From Candidatus Kaiserbacteria bacterium RIFCSPHIGHO2_01_FULL_53_29 (lineage in GTDB: Bacteria > Patescibacteriota > Minisyncoccia > Phycocordibacterales > UBA2100): a stretch of 64,000 bases of DNA. Position numbers and translations under genes: made by a program. The DNA is taken from the NCBI GenBank assembly GCA_001781125.1, contig MFKT01000009.1, positions 10,712-74,711 of the forward strand. The letters run 5' to 3'. Shown here in pieces: positions 31,652 to 43,038 of this stretch. Below the pieces are notes generated by a model. The model did no database searches and was not told the DNA's origin. It saw only the letters and a program-made list of their open reading frames with translations. Within the stretch, counting starts at the first letter, position 1, and each line of letters opens with the position of its first letter.

Positions 31652-32905
31652 ATGGCAGAGAAAGAGAATACACCGGAAGACCTCAAAGACCGCGACCACA
31701 AAAAACTGGGCCGCGAGCTCGACCTATTCACCTTCTCCGATTCAGTCGGCAAGGGACTCCCGCTTTGGACCGCAAGAGGCAACGCGATCCGCCGCGAGCT
31801 CGAGCGCTTCATCGTTGACGAGGAGATCAAGCGCGGCTACCAGCACGTACACACCCCGGACATCGCGAAACTCGACCTGTATCGCAAGTCAGGACACTAC
31901 CCGCACTACAAGGATTCGATGTACGCACCGATCGTCATCGATGACGAAGAATACATGCTGCGCCCGATGACCTGTCCGCACCATTTTGAACTCTACCTAG
32001 ACAAGCCGCACAGCTATCGGGAGTTGCCGATACGAATAGCGGAGCTCGCGAATCTGTACCGCTACGAACAATCGGGCGAACTCATGGGTCTCTTGCGTGC
32101 CCGCACATTCTGCCTCGCCGACGCGCATATCATCTGTGCCTCCGAAGAGCAGGCGGCGGAGGAGGTATCGAAAGCGCTGGACCTCATTGTCTACGTCGCA
32201 CGAGTCTTCGGGCTCGAACAGGGCGTAGATTATCACTTTCGCCTGTCGCTCGGAGAGCGAAGCAATACCGAAAAGTACTATAAGAACGATGCCGCGTGGG
32301 AGAAGAGCGAGATGCTTCTGCGTGATCTCCTCAAAAAGCGCGGGGAAAAATTCGAGGAGGCGGAAGACGAGGCGGCGTTCTACGGACCGAAGATCGACAT
32401 CCAGATGAAAAATGTTAATGGCAAGGAAGACACCGCCTTCACGGTGCAGTACGACTTTTGCATGCCGGATCGCTTTGATCTCACCTATACTGGCGAGGAC
32501 GGCATGCAGCACCGCGCATTCGTCATTCATCGCTCGTCGCTCGGTGCCATCGAGCGCACGGTCGCATTTTTGATTGAACGGTACGCGGGTAGCTTCCCCC
32601 TCTGGCTCTCGCCGGTGCAGGTAAAGATCCTCCCCGTATCTGAAAAACACGCTGCATACGCACACGGGGTGCTCGAGCAATTGCGTGCAGCGGATATTCG
32701 CGCGGAGGTTTCCGGTGATGATCCGCTTGGCAAACGCATTCGGACCGCGAAGATGGAAAAAGTCCCCTATCTGCTTGTCGTTGGTGACGAAGAAATGAAT
32801 GCGCAGACGGCAACACTCGAGAGTCGTTCGGGAAAGATCGGCGCACTTCCTGTAACCGATATCATCGCGAAATTGAAAGAAGAGATACGGACGCGGGCTG
32901 CTTAA
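31652..32905 (+). CDS. thrS: Threonyl-tRNA synthetase lacking the N-terminal editing domains
   Basis: RDHKKLG near the N-terminus, RPMTCP, FYGPKID, QYDF, anticodon domain. Confidence 0.96.
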   Translation: MAEKENTPEDLKDRDHKKLGRELDLFTFSDSVGKGLPLWTARGNAIRRELERFIVDEEIKRGYQHVHTPDIAKLDLYRKSGHYPHYKDSMYAPIVIDDEEYMLRPMTCPHHFELYLDKPHSYRELPIRIAELANLYRYEQSGELMGLLRARTFCLADAHIICASEEQAAEEVSKALDLIVYVARVFGLEQGVDYHFRLSLGERSNTEKYYKNDAAWEKSEMLLRDLLKKRGEKFEEAEDEAAFYGPKIDIQMKNVNGKEDTAFTVQYDFCMPDRFDLTYTGEDGMQHRAFVIHRSSLGAIERTVAFLIERYAGSFPLWLSPVQVKILPVSEKHAAYAHGVLEQLRAADIRAEVSGDDPLGKRIRTAKMEKVPYLLVVGDEEMNAQTATLESRSGKIGALPVTDIIAKLKEEIRTRAA

Positions 32906-32920
32906 GCAGCCCGCGTCAAA

Positions 32921-32952
32921 CAAAAACTCCCCATTGGGGGAGTTTTTGTTTT
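32921..32952. terminator. Bidirectional terminator
   Basis: CAAAAACTCCCC ATTG GGGGAGTTTTTG between convergent genes. Confidence 0.8.
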
Positions 32953-32983
32953 CACTTCGGAGCGTTACGAGCGGCGGCGAAGT

Positions 32984-34894
<1,911 letters not shown>

Positions 34895-35036
34895 AACTTT
34901 TTTAATATTGTTATTCCTTTCACTACTAAACCTCTAATAATCGGCATTATACTTAGATTTTTGATGTTGTCAAGCGATTTAATATTGGGCGGGCGAGGAG
35001 GCATTTTTGAAGCCTCCTCCCCGCAACTTCGCCCAA

Positions 35037-35393
35037 TCAGTCGCAAACCAAGTGCCTGCACGTGCGGCCGGCGATTGCGCCACGGTTGCAAAAGCGCGGA
35101 TTGCGCGTTTCCTCCAAGCGCAGTTCCCTGCACTTGAATTCGCGCGCACGTCGAAGCGGAAAATTACCGCAGACGTTCGCGTGGGGCGGATAGCCGCGGA
35201 TAACGTGCCCGGTCGCGAGCCGCACAACACCGTCGGCATCCGCAACCGCGACCGGCGGGTACTGCTTCCCGCGCACATCGACACAAGGAAGCGCGATACG
35301 CAGCGACTCGCCGGGTTGCAGCGCGACCTGTTGTGCACTTGCTGCGCCAGCGACTGCGCAAAAGGCGATGATTGTAAAGATCACTTTTCTCAT
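35037..35393 (-). CDS. Small secreted Cys-rich protein
   Basis: GGAGG RBS, signal peptide ending ASA-QQ, multiple Cys. Confidence 0.6.
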   Translation of the reverse strand: MRKVIFTIIAFCAVAGAASAQQVALQPGESLRIALPCVDVRGKQYPPVAVADADGVVRLATGHVIRGYPPHANVCGNFPLRRAREFKCRELRLEETRNPRFCNRGAIAGRTCRHLVCD

Positions 35394-35570
35394 GGCTTCC
35401 TCCATCTGGTTACTCACGCGGGTGCGTGAATTTCATGAAAGCCTGAACGGATACCCTACATTGTGATATCCATTCAGGCAATGACGAAAAAAGAAACAAG
35501 GGGGCTGAGAATCATCTCAAACCCCCCTGCCAGTGCAACGCCGCGTACGGCGCTGTAGAGTTGTTTCCGC

Positions 35571-36008
35571 CTACTTGACCCAGCGGTTCGGGCACCTCTC
35601 GTTGCCGTTAGGCAACTTGAAGCAACCCGGGTCCCCGGGCCGGCCCTTGACGAGCCGGTAGCCCTGGGTCCCCGCGACCCGTTGGGTGTCGGCGTTCGGC
35701 TGGTGGCCGCCGATTTCGTAGACGGGACCGCCACCCGTCGCCTGCTGACCGCCACCTGTGACGGTCTGCTGGCCACCACTAGGCGGGGGCGGAGGTAGCA
35801 GGTTCCTTGCCGCCAGCTGCGCTTCGAGGGCGGCGATCCGCGCCGCACCCGCCGTGTCGGCGGGGGACTTGCCGAAAGCCCATTGCCAGGTTGCGACACC
35901 CAGCCAGACAATCAGCACCACCGCCACGACAGCGATCGCGAGCCGGCCGAGCCCGCGGAAGAAATCTCCCCACGTCGAGGTGGGGGCAGTCCAGTGTGCG
36001 TCTGTCAT
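35571..36008 (-). CDS. Single-TM protein with Pro/Gly linker and C-terminal CFxLPxG..RCPN motif
   Basis: AAGGAGG RBS; TM helix; motif shared with 37449..37826. Confidence 0.7.
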   Translation of the reverse strand: MTDAHWTAPTSTWGDFFRGLGRLAIAVVAVVLIVWLGVATWQWAFGKSPADTAGAARIAALEAQLAARNLLPPPPPSGGQQTVTGGGQQATGGGPVYEIGGHQPNADTQRVAGTQGYRLVKGRPGDPGCFKLPNGNERCPNRWVK

Positions 36009-36168
36009 TTCTGAAGGCCCTCCTTGGGCCGGGTTGACGAAGAACGAGAACCAGCAGAATGCCAGTTCATAGCGGCATTATATCACCAATATTGATACTG
36101 TCAATAGTAAAAAGGAAGCGGCGCCGTGACGCCGCTTTGAGTCGAAAATGTGCAGTGTTTTGGCGCTG

Positions 36169-36969
36169 TTACGCCACGGCCCGTTCCTTCGGCACGTTGT
36201 CCAGCCGGAAATCGGAATGACCGGTCCGTTTGAACAACACGTCATATCCGTCGGGAACGATGTGCGTGAACGAGCCGCCGGGAAGCACGCTCACGTACTG
36301 CCCCGGTGACGTGCCCGCGACCGCGAGCGGCGGCCGTCCGGCGACGAGCCTCGCCTTGGGCTCATCTCGTGCTGTTGTCACCTCTTCGTGTCGCGTGTGC
36401 GGCGGGGCGGCACTCCGTTCGCCGAACCAGAAGAACGCGCTGGTGGCGACGACGACGATGCCGGAAAAAGCAAACGTCACGTAGATCCAAAGGAGGCTCG
36501 GGTCGCTGAACGCGAACTCCCTCCAGAAGTGCACAAAGCCGGTGAACAGGAGCCATCCGAGCAGCAGCACGGATGGCACCACGTCGTACCACCACAGGCC
36601 ACCGTGGCCAGGATTGGCGTAGGCCGAGATGCGTTCGGCACTCAGCCAAGCCCCGAGGAAGACAAGGGAGTACACCGCCGGCTGCAGCGGTACCGCCTTA
36701 CCCTTCCATGTGATGCTGATACCGAGGTCGGCCATGTTACCAACCCAGATCAGCTGGTAGATGTACCACGCGACGATTGCGCAGAGCGCAGCCGACAACG
36801 TGATGGCGATAAATCGACTGAAGTTACCCATTTCGCTCGCTCCTTCTTTTGCGATCTGTTTGGGTTTGATAAGAACCTTTGCTCCGCCGGGCCATACATA
36901 GTCATAGTCCGGCGGAAGGCGTGTCTTTTCGGTCACGGCTCCCTCCTTACTTGCGGTCGGAGCCGTCAC
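36169..36969 (-). CDS. Hypothetical 4-TM membrane protein
   Basis: Hydrophobic helices; start uncertain (AAGGAGG precedes an internal GTG). Confidence 0.65.
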   Translation of the reverse strand: MTAPTASKEGAVTEKTRLPPDYDYVWPGGAKVLIKPKQIAKEGASEMGNFSRFIAITLSAALCAIVAWYIYQLIWVGNMADLGISITWKGKAVPLQPAVYSLVFLGAWLSAERISAYANPGHGGLWWYDVVPSVLLLGWLLFTGFVHFWREFAFSDPSLLWIYVTFAFSGIVVVATSAFFWFGERSAAPPHTRHEEVTTARDEPKARLVAGRPPLAVAGTSPGQYVSVLPGGSFTHIVPDGYDVLFKRTGHSDFRLDNVPKERAVA

Positions 36970-37234
36970 CGGCCGGCCCGATTACCCTTGGCAGAGCGTT
37001 CGGTTGCGGGTCCTTGGGCGGCGGAATCGCCGTAGCGTTACCGGCCATGACCGCACGAAGAAAACGGTCCTTCATGCGTGGGGTCGGTTCGATCTGGACG
37101 ATGGGGCCGCCGTAGCGCCGAAGATCGAGGAAGAACTTCGGCTCGAGAACTATTCCGTAAGCTGATGCAGCCTCAGATTCCTGCGTCGTTGAATCAAGCG
37201 GCACGGGTTTGCCGTGCTTCAGGTCGTCAGGCAT
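36947..37234 (-). CDS. Hypothetical protein
   Basis: GAGG RBS; overlaps the next gene. Confidence 0.5.
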   Translation of the reverse strand: MPDDLKHGKPVPLDSTTQESEAASAYGIVLEPKFFLDLRRYGGPIVQIEPTPRMKDRFLRAVMAGNATAIPPPKDPQPNALPRVIGPAGDGSDRK

Positions 37235-37448
37235 TGTAGCCTCACTTGTTGTGCTCCTTTCGGGAGCGGTTGCACTATGCTCGTCCCGCGTTTCAGGCGC
37301 GGGAACCGCCGATATTCATACAGGGAAAGTAGCACCGTGTCAAATCAGGATCAAAAAATTTTGCTGCTATCCGGAAATTTTTATAAAAAGGAAACGACGT
37401 GCACCACCACTGTGATGCACGCCGCTGAAGAGTTGCCGCCTCGAAATC

Positions 37449-37826
37449 TTACTGGTTCGGGCAACGCCGAATTCCGGTCGGCAGGGTGAAGCAGCTCGGG
37501 TGGTTGGGTCCGACCGACCTTCCCGTGCCGACCCTGTTCACTGCCCGCCACTCGGTGCGACGGGTCGTGGTCTGAGTCGTACGACTGCCACCCCGCATCA
37601 CCTGGCCGCCGTATCCCCTTCGGTGGGCATTTTGTTGTTGGCCGCCTTGGTGTGTAGTGCTCCGGTGCTTTTGCGGACACTGGATCCGCATCCCCCACCG
37701 GTTAGTGCAACTGGCATACCGGTGTTGCTGCGCCACCGCCTCGGTCGTGAACGAAACCGGAGCCGGAGCGAGCAAAAACGTACCTGCGATCGCGAGAGCG
37801 ACAAACGAAACTTGAAACTTGCGCAT
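37449..37826 (-). CDS. Small secreted protein with CFxLPxG..RCPN motif
   Basis: Start MRKFQVSFVALAIAG, GGGAG RBS, signal peptide, two Cys pairs. Confidence 0.7.
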   Translation of the reverse strand: MRKFQVSFVALAIAGTFLLAPAPVSFTTEAVAQQHRYASCTNRWGMRIQCPQKHRSTTHQGGQQQNAHRRGYGGQVMRGGSRTTQTTTRRTEWRAVNRVGTGRSVGPNHPSCFTLPTGIRRCPNQ

Positions 37827-37927
37827 GATTTTCTCCCTTGCGCTGCCGCAAACTCCCCATCGGAGTTTCAACGGACTTACAAGAATGATACATCTAAAAT
37901 GACCGGACGTCAAGGGGTCGTAATGGT

Positions 37928-38849
37928 TCAATAGCTTGGAACCACCCGTGGCTCCAATATGACGTACATGGCATACAGCAAGAATCCAGAGCTCCCGAAG
38001 GTGCGGCGGGAAGCGGTCCGGTTGGTCAAACAGGAAGGATGGTCGACAAGGAAAGTGGCACGGCACTTTGGGTACACGCACAGCGCGATCGTGAAGTGGT
38101 GCGCAAAGGATCCGACAGGAGGGTTCAGACGAATCGAGACGCAATCATCGAAACCGAAGAGAAGTCCTCGGGCACTCTCGCGCGACGTGGTCTCGGCCAT
38201 CATCAAAGAACGAGTTGGCAGACGGCGGTGCGCCGAGCATGTGTACCACGCGCTCGTGAAGCATGGAGTCGGAGTATCGCTCTCGTCCGTGAAGCGCACG
38301 CTCGACCGATGTCATTTGCGCAAGAAACGCAGTCCGTGGAAGCGTCCGCACGACTTCACACCGCGACCGGAGGCGGCCTTCTGTGGAGCCCTGCTTGAGC
38401 TCGATACCATCCATATCATCGCACCGGACGGCTCAAGGATATACATATACACCATCATCGATCTGTATTCGCGGTGGGCGTACGCAGAGGTGGTGGAAAG
38501 AATCGGCGCGCACCGAAGCGCCGGGTTTGCGCGCAGAGCACAGGAGGCTGCACCATTCCGCTTCGTCATGGTCCAAACAGACCACGGGAGCGAGTTCTCA
38601 ACCCGCTTCACGCATCGTCTCCTGCAAAAAGATATTCACCATCGACACAGCCGTGTCCGACAGAAAGACGACCAAGCCCACATCGACCGATTCAACCGCA
38701 CGATCCAGGAAGAGTGTCTGGATCGGGTCACGCACACCGTCGCATCATTCAAACGTGCCCTGCCTCCCTATTTGCGTTGGTACAACACCGAGCGTACGCA
38801 CATGGGGATCAATTATCAAACGCCCCTTGATCTGGTTCCAAGGTCTTGA
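37928..38849 (+). mobile_element. IS481-family insertion sequence (transposase 37959..38849)
   Basis: HTH plus integrase core (ELDT, QTDHGSEF, RFNRTIQEE, YNTER). TIRs TCAATAGCTTGGAACC (37928-43) and GGTTCCAAGGTCTTGA (38834-49) match 14/16. Confidence 0.88.
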
Positions 38850-38928
38850 CCTTATTTAGGGTCTGGTAAAAACCCCGCTTGAAAGCTAATTCCCTATTTC
38901 GCCGATGTCATGTCCTTCCCTACCGCCA

Positions 38929-39210
38929 TCAACGGTCTTGGGCGCCGTGGAAAATGCCAAGAATAATTACCTCACCTTTTCCTCTCCTCAACTCATACAC
39001 GATCACAAACGGTAAACCTTTGACCAAAAGTTCATACGTACGTGGCGCAGAGCCGATCCGACCCATGCGCGGGAAAAGACCGAGGGAGCGAACGGTGAGA
39101 TGGATACGAACAACAACGCCGACCGCTGCCGAGGGATTTTGATCTTTTATGTATGAATATATTTCCGCAATGTGTCTGCGTGCTTCAAGGGTGTACTGGG
39201 GGTCCTTCAT
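38929..39210 (-). CDS. RelE/ParE family toxin
   Basis: YIKDQNPSAA, FPRMGR, IFHGAQDR. Confidence 0.9.
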   Translation of the reverse strand: MKDPQYTLEARRHIAEIYSYIKDQNPSAAVGVVVRIHLTVRSLGLFPRMGRIGSAPRTYELLVKGLPFVIVYELRRGKGEVIILGIFHGAQDR

Positions 39211-39440
39211 AGACCGCAGCCCTTCCAGAGCGCGGCCATTTCTCGCTTTGTCGCCAAACGTGTTTTGCCGCTGCGCAGGTTGCGCTGAATACGTTTTACT
39301 TCTCGGACCTGTTCGTCTGTAAGATGATACTCGGCATTGCCGCTTACCATATGGACAAACAATGCCTGCGCTGCTGCGTTTTGGTCTTCGGCAGGCAACT
39401 CGCGGAGTTGTTCGATCGCTTTTTCAAGCAGTTTTGTCAT
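39207..39440 (-). CDS. Putative antitoxin
   Basis: Small ORF with ATGA overlap upstream of the toxin; MTKLLEKAIE. Confidence 0.75.
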   Translation of the reverse strand: MTKLLEKAIEQLRELPAEDQNAAAQALFVHMVSGNAEYHLTDEQVREVKRIQRNLRSGKTRLATKREMAALWKGCGL

Positions 39441-39499
39441 GCCGCTACTATACCATAGTGCCCGGAAATAAAATTATTGCACCAACGTCATTTCCTTCC

Positions 39500-40375
39500 C
39501 TACCTGTTCATTTTCATCTCCCTCCCCATCACTATTGAACGGCCGACATCGAGTGTCTGGCCGACATCGGCAACGTGTCCGACGGCGGCGGTGTGACCGA
39601 CATTGGTGTCATGCCCGACGGCGACATTGCGACCGACATCGACGTCCTTCCCGACATCGAGTGTATATCCCCCATCGACTGCACGACCGAGGGCAAGCGT
39701 CTTGCCAACATTCACGGTATGACCAACGGTAACGTCGCGTCCTAGGTCAACAGCCCGCCCGACAATGATAATTCTTCCGCTTGCAACAGTGTGCCCGACT
39801 TCGATGGGGCGGCTAACGATGACCGTGCGCCCTACATTGGCATCGTACCCCATATCCACGGGGCGTCCGACGATGGCGTCATACCCGACATCGGCGAGAC
39901 GTCCGACATCGGCTTCAAAGCCCACGATAGCGAGACGTCCGACATCGGCGATATACCCGACGGGGAGTGAGCGGCCGACAGGGGCAAGGTACCCGACAGC
40001 AGCAAAATATCCGACATTGGCAATATGACCGACGGGGAGTAAGAAGCCGACAGGGGTGTAACGGCCGACGTTTGCAAAACGCCCGACATTGGCCCTATAC
40101 CCAACACCTACAGAATGTCCTACGTACGCCGACTGGCCGACCAAAGCGCGATCGCCGACCGCAGCTCGGTATCCGATAGCTGCGAATTCTCCTACCGGAG
40201 CGCGGTAGCCGATCGGAACAATTTGCCCAATTTGACTTACACTCGGCGAGGCAAGGACGCAGTCGCACGTTGCCGCGAAGGCGATTTGTGCCGAACCAAC
40301 GAGCGACGCGCAGAGGACTCCCCCAACAAGGGCGGACAGATATATTTTTCTGCTTTTGAGAATGTTGTTAAACAT
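39500..40375 (-). CDS. Secreted hexapeptide-repeat protein (predicted beta-helix)
   Basis: Signal peptide followed by about 40 [VI]G-x4 units. Confidence 0.85.
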   Translation of the reverse strand: MFNNILKSRKIYLSALVGGVLCASLVGSAQIAFAATCDCVLASPSVSQIGQIVPIGYRAPVGEFAAIGYRAAVGDRALVGQSAYVGHSVGVGYRANVGRFANVGRYTPVGFLLPVGHIANVGYFAAVGYLAPVGRSLPVGYIADVGRLAIVGFEADVGRLADVGYDAIVGRPVDMGYDANVGRTVIVSRPIEVGHTVASGRIIIVGRAVDLGRDVTVGHTVNVGKTLALGRAVDGGYTLDVGKDVDVGRNVAVGHDTNVGHTAAVGHVADVGQTLDVGRSIVMGREMKMNR

Positions 40376-40378
40376 ATT

Positions 40379-41068
40379 TTATAGTTCGCCGACGAAATCA
40401 GCTTCAAGAATGTAGCGGGCGCTTTTGCCGGTGAGCGTGTCGCAGGTGACGAGTGTGAGCTTGGCGGCTGTCGCGGAGAGATCAATGGTGACATCGTCGT
40501 TGACATCCGCCTTACGTATTGATGTGACGTTGTAGAGGTACGCTTTGCCCCCGCCCTCTATCGTGATGGTGTCTCCGGCTTTCAACTCCGGGATGCGATT
40601 GAACGCACGGAACATTTGGTTGCGGACGATCGGCAGGTGCGAGGAGTGCGCGAAGATTATCATGTTGCCGCTTGCCCCTAGCTTTGCGGAATCCACATAG
40701 CGCGCGGGACCCTTCTGCAAAAGTGTGTCGAGGGCGTTGAGATCTTTCGTCGCCGGGTTTTGGACCGGAAGATCGAGACCGATCGCGGAGATTTTGATAC
40801 GCTCCGGAAGAACTGCGACTACGGCGGGAGTCGCCTGCCCCGTACCTCCATCTGGATTCATTTGGACATTCAATTCGCCCAGCTGCGGGAGATCTGCGAG
40901 AGAGACGACATCTGCGCGTGAAGGTGCTGGGGAACCGTCGATGTAGTTGGGTACGAAACCAACCGAGTCGGCCGCGCTGACCGTACAGAAAAACACCACG
41001 ACGACCGCAGCAAAAAAGACCCGTTTGGGGGGTTTTTGGCGATTTGTGTATTCTGCGGTAGCACTCAT
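40379..41068 (-). CDS. Sortase
   Basis: N-terminal TM, AHSS (His), LTLVTC (Cys), downstream Arg. Confidence 0.92.
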   Translation of the reverse strand: MSATAEYTNRQKPPKRVFFAAVVVVFFCTVSAADSVGFVPNYIDGSPAPSRADVVSLADLPQLGELNVQMNPDGGTGQATPAVVAVLPERIKISAIGLDLPVQNPATKDLNALDTLLQKGPARYVDSAKLGASGNMIIFAHSSHLPIVRNQMFRAFNRIPELKAGDTITIEGGGKAYLYNVTSIRKADVNDDVTIDLSATAAKLTLVTCDTLTGKSARYILEADFVGEL

Positions 41069-41156
41069 ATAACGTCGGGATAGTACACTATAAATCTCTA
41101 CTTGTCAATCCTTGAGGCTTGACAAATCAGTCCCAATATGTGAGGATACCGACGAT

Positions 41157-42215
41157 ATGGCAGAACAGATCGAGGTCACAAAGACCACCGACACCACCCA
41201 CACGAGTGCGCATGCGCGAACACAACCGCAGCCTCGCCCCGCCGACGGCGGGCCGAGCATGCTTTCGAGCGTCCTCGCCATCGTCGGGTTCATCATTATC
41301 ATCATTATCATCATTTGGGGTCTTTTCCACATCGCAACTCTTTCACAACCGTGGCTCTCTTCCCTCTTCAACAAAACGACCAACACCTCGATCCAGGTCA
41401 GCGCCCCCACGACCGCGACATCGAGCATCCCATTCACGGTGAGCTGGAAATATTATACGACGGAAAAAGGCGCCTACGCATTTTTGTATCAATGTAAAAG
41501 CGGATTCCATTTTGAAGTGGCATCTGCCGGTGGTACGGCAAAAAGCCTGCCCTGCGGCGCGGCGATAACGGTACCGACAGACAATGCGATGTCGATCACC
41601 CCCGTCCTCTCCGGCTCGGGGCCGCTCGCTGTACCCCTTTCGATCATCTTCATGCCGAGCCCCGCCGTAGGCGGGGCGAGCGCAACAAGTTCGAAGCAGG
41701 CACAAGGCACTGCTACGGTCGTCATCAACGCAGGAACATTTGTAGAACTTGCGCAGCCTGTCACGACGAAACCCGCTACAGTGGAGACCTCTTCAAAACC
41801 TGTAACCCCCGTAAAACCGCACGTGAGCGGTCCGGCCGACCTTTCAGTGCGCATCGTTGCAGTAAATGTTGATGCATCCGGCAACGGTATCGCCACTTTC
41901 GATATAGCGAACGTCGGCGGCAGCTCGAGTGGCATCTACTACTTCAACGCACAACTTCCAATGCAGACCGGATATACCTACAACTCACCGCCGCAATCAC
42001 CGCTTGGCCCCGGCGACCACATCGTCAACACCTTGCGCTTCTCGCAGGCAGTGAATGGCGTCTTCAGTATCGCGCTCAACGTATCCGATGCGAATCAAAA
42101 CAATAACTACGCATCACAATCCATCTCGATGCCCTCCTCCTACGCTCCAGGCTACGGCGGGACGCAGTACAACAACTACAACTACGCGCCGCAACCGTAC
42201 CAGTACGCATACTAA
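41157..42215 (+). CDS. Membrane-anchored protein with Ig/CARDB-like C-terminal domain
   Basis: TM helix; ADLSV...IANVG...DANQNNN pattern; TTGACA promoter at 41119. Confidence 0.75.
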   Translation: MAEQIEVTKTTDTTHTSAHARTQPQPRPADGGPSMLSSVLAIVGFIIIIIIIIWGLFHIATLSQPWLSSLFNKTTNTSIQVSAPTTATSSIPFTVSWKYYTTEKGAYAFLYQCKSGFHFEVASAGGTAKSLPCGAAITVPTDNAMSITPVLSGSGPLAVPLSIIFMPSPAVGGASATSSKQAQGTATVVINAGTFVELAQPVTTKPATVETSSKPVTPVKPHVSGPADLSVRIVAVNVDASGNGIATFDIANVGGSSSGIYYFNAQLPMQTGYTYNSPPQSPLGPGDHIVNTLRFSQAVNGVFSIALNVSDANQNNNYASQSISMPSSYAPGYGGTQYNNYNYAPQPYQYAY

Positions 42216-42234
42216 AAAGAAATCCGCATAGCAT

Positions 42235-42262
42235 AAAGGGCGCTCCGCGGAGCGCCCTTTTT
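42235..42262 (+). terminator. Intrinsic terminator
   Basis: AAAGGGCGCTCCGCGGAGCGCCCTTTTT. Confidence 0.75.
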
Positions 42263-42278
42263 CAGCTATACTAAATCT

Positions 42279-42903
42279 ACGCTATAGCGTAGAGATAGCA
42301 TGTCAGGAACTAACGTTTTCGCAGGCCAAATTCCTTTCGCAAGTGAGAATCCCCTTCAAGTTCGTCTACAATCATATATAGAACATCCCTTCCGATCTTG
42401 AAATCGGCTTTCAGAAGGACAATCAGGTCCTCGCAATCATACGGATATACCCACACGCTGTCCTGCAGACGCACGAAGCCGATTCCCATGACTGTGCGGC
42501 GGATCTTATCGCGCAATGATTTGCGATACTCCGGAACATCAAAGATAAGCACACGCCATCGTCCGTCCCACCGCTTCGGCTTTGTAATTGAATAGCGGGA
42601 CTCTAACAATGCGGTCGCGCCGACACCTTTCGGTGTGAGTCGAAGAAAACCCTTGTTCCACGTAAGTAGTCCTTGATCGGTCAGCCTTTTACGAGTACGT
42701 CCTATGACACTCGGATCGCTTGATCCTTTTGGGAGGAGCCCCATTTTATAGAGCGCCATCGGCAAGTTGGGCGCCATTACGACAACGCCAGCGAGTGCCG
42801 AGAGTTTGATGACTGTAAGAATCGCACGTTTGAGATCGCGCCTTCGCTTCCGTTTTCTTCCCGACTCTTCGATCGTCCCCATGCTATTTCTACGCTATAG
42901 CGT
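42279..42903. repeat. 24-bp inverted repeats bracketing the PaaX/Cas2-like gene
   Basis: ACGCTATAGCGTAGAGATAGCATG (42279-302) matches the reverse complement of 42880-903 at 23/24. Confidence 0.9.
42310..42882 (-). CDS. PaaX-like protein (wHTH plus Cas2-like domain)
   Basis: LTPKG, WDGRWRVLIFDVPE, GFVRLQDSVWVYP. Confidence 0.88.
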   Translation of the reverse strand: MGTIEESGRKRKRRRDLKRAILTVIKLSALAGVVVMAPNLPMALYKMGLLPKGSSDPSVIGRTRKRLTDQGLLTWNKGFLRLTPKGVGATALLESRYSITKPKRWDGRWRVLIFDVPEYRKSLRDKIRRTVMGIGFVRLQDSVWVYPYDCEDLIVLLKADFKIGRDVLYMIVDELEGDSHLRKEFGLRKR

Positions 42904-43038
42904 GATTATAGCATGCCACCGAGAGGAACTTCGTATGTTCAAAACTGCGCAATAATCACGGCACCGCTCAAACATGGAGAATAATCACGATCTTTGTCCC
43001 TCCAATGGGACCGCACTGGGGTCACCTCGTGAGGGTCT

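Noticed and set aside
37827-38144. N-terminal 106 aa of the 231-aa ORF 37449..38144
   Set aside because: It overlaps the IS481 transposase antisense; the RBS and signal peptide indicate a start at 37826.
42310-42882. CRISPR-Cas locus based on the Cas2-like domain
   Set aside because: Solo PaaX-type architecture, with no cas1 or array nearby.
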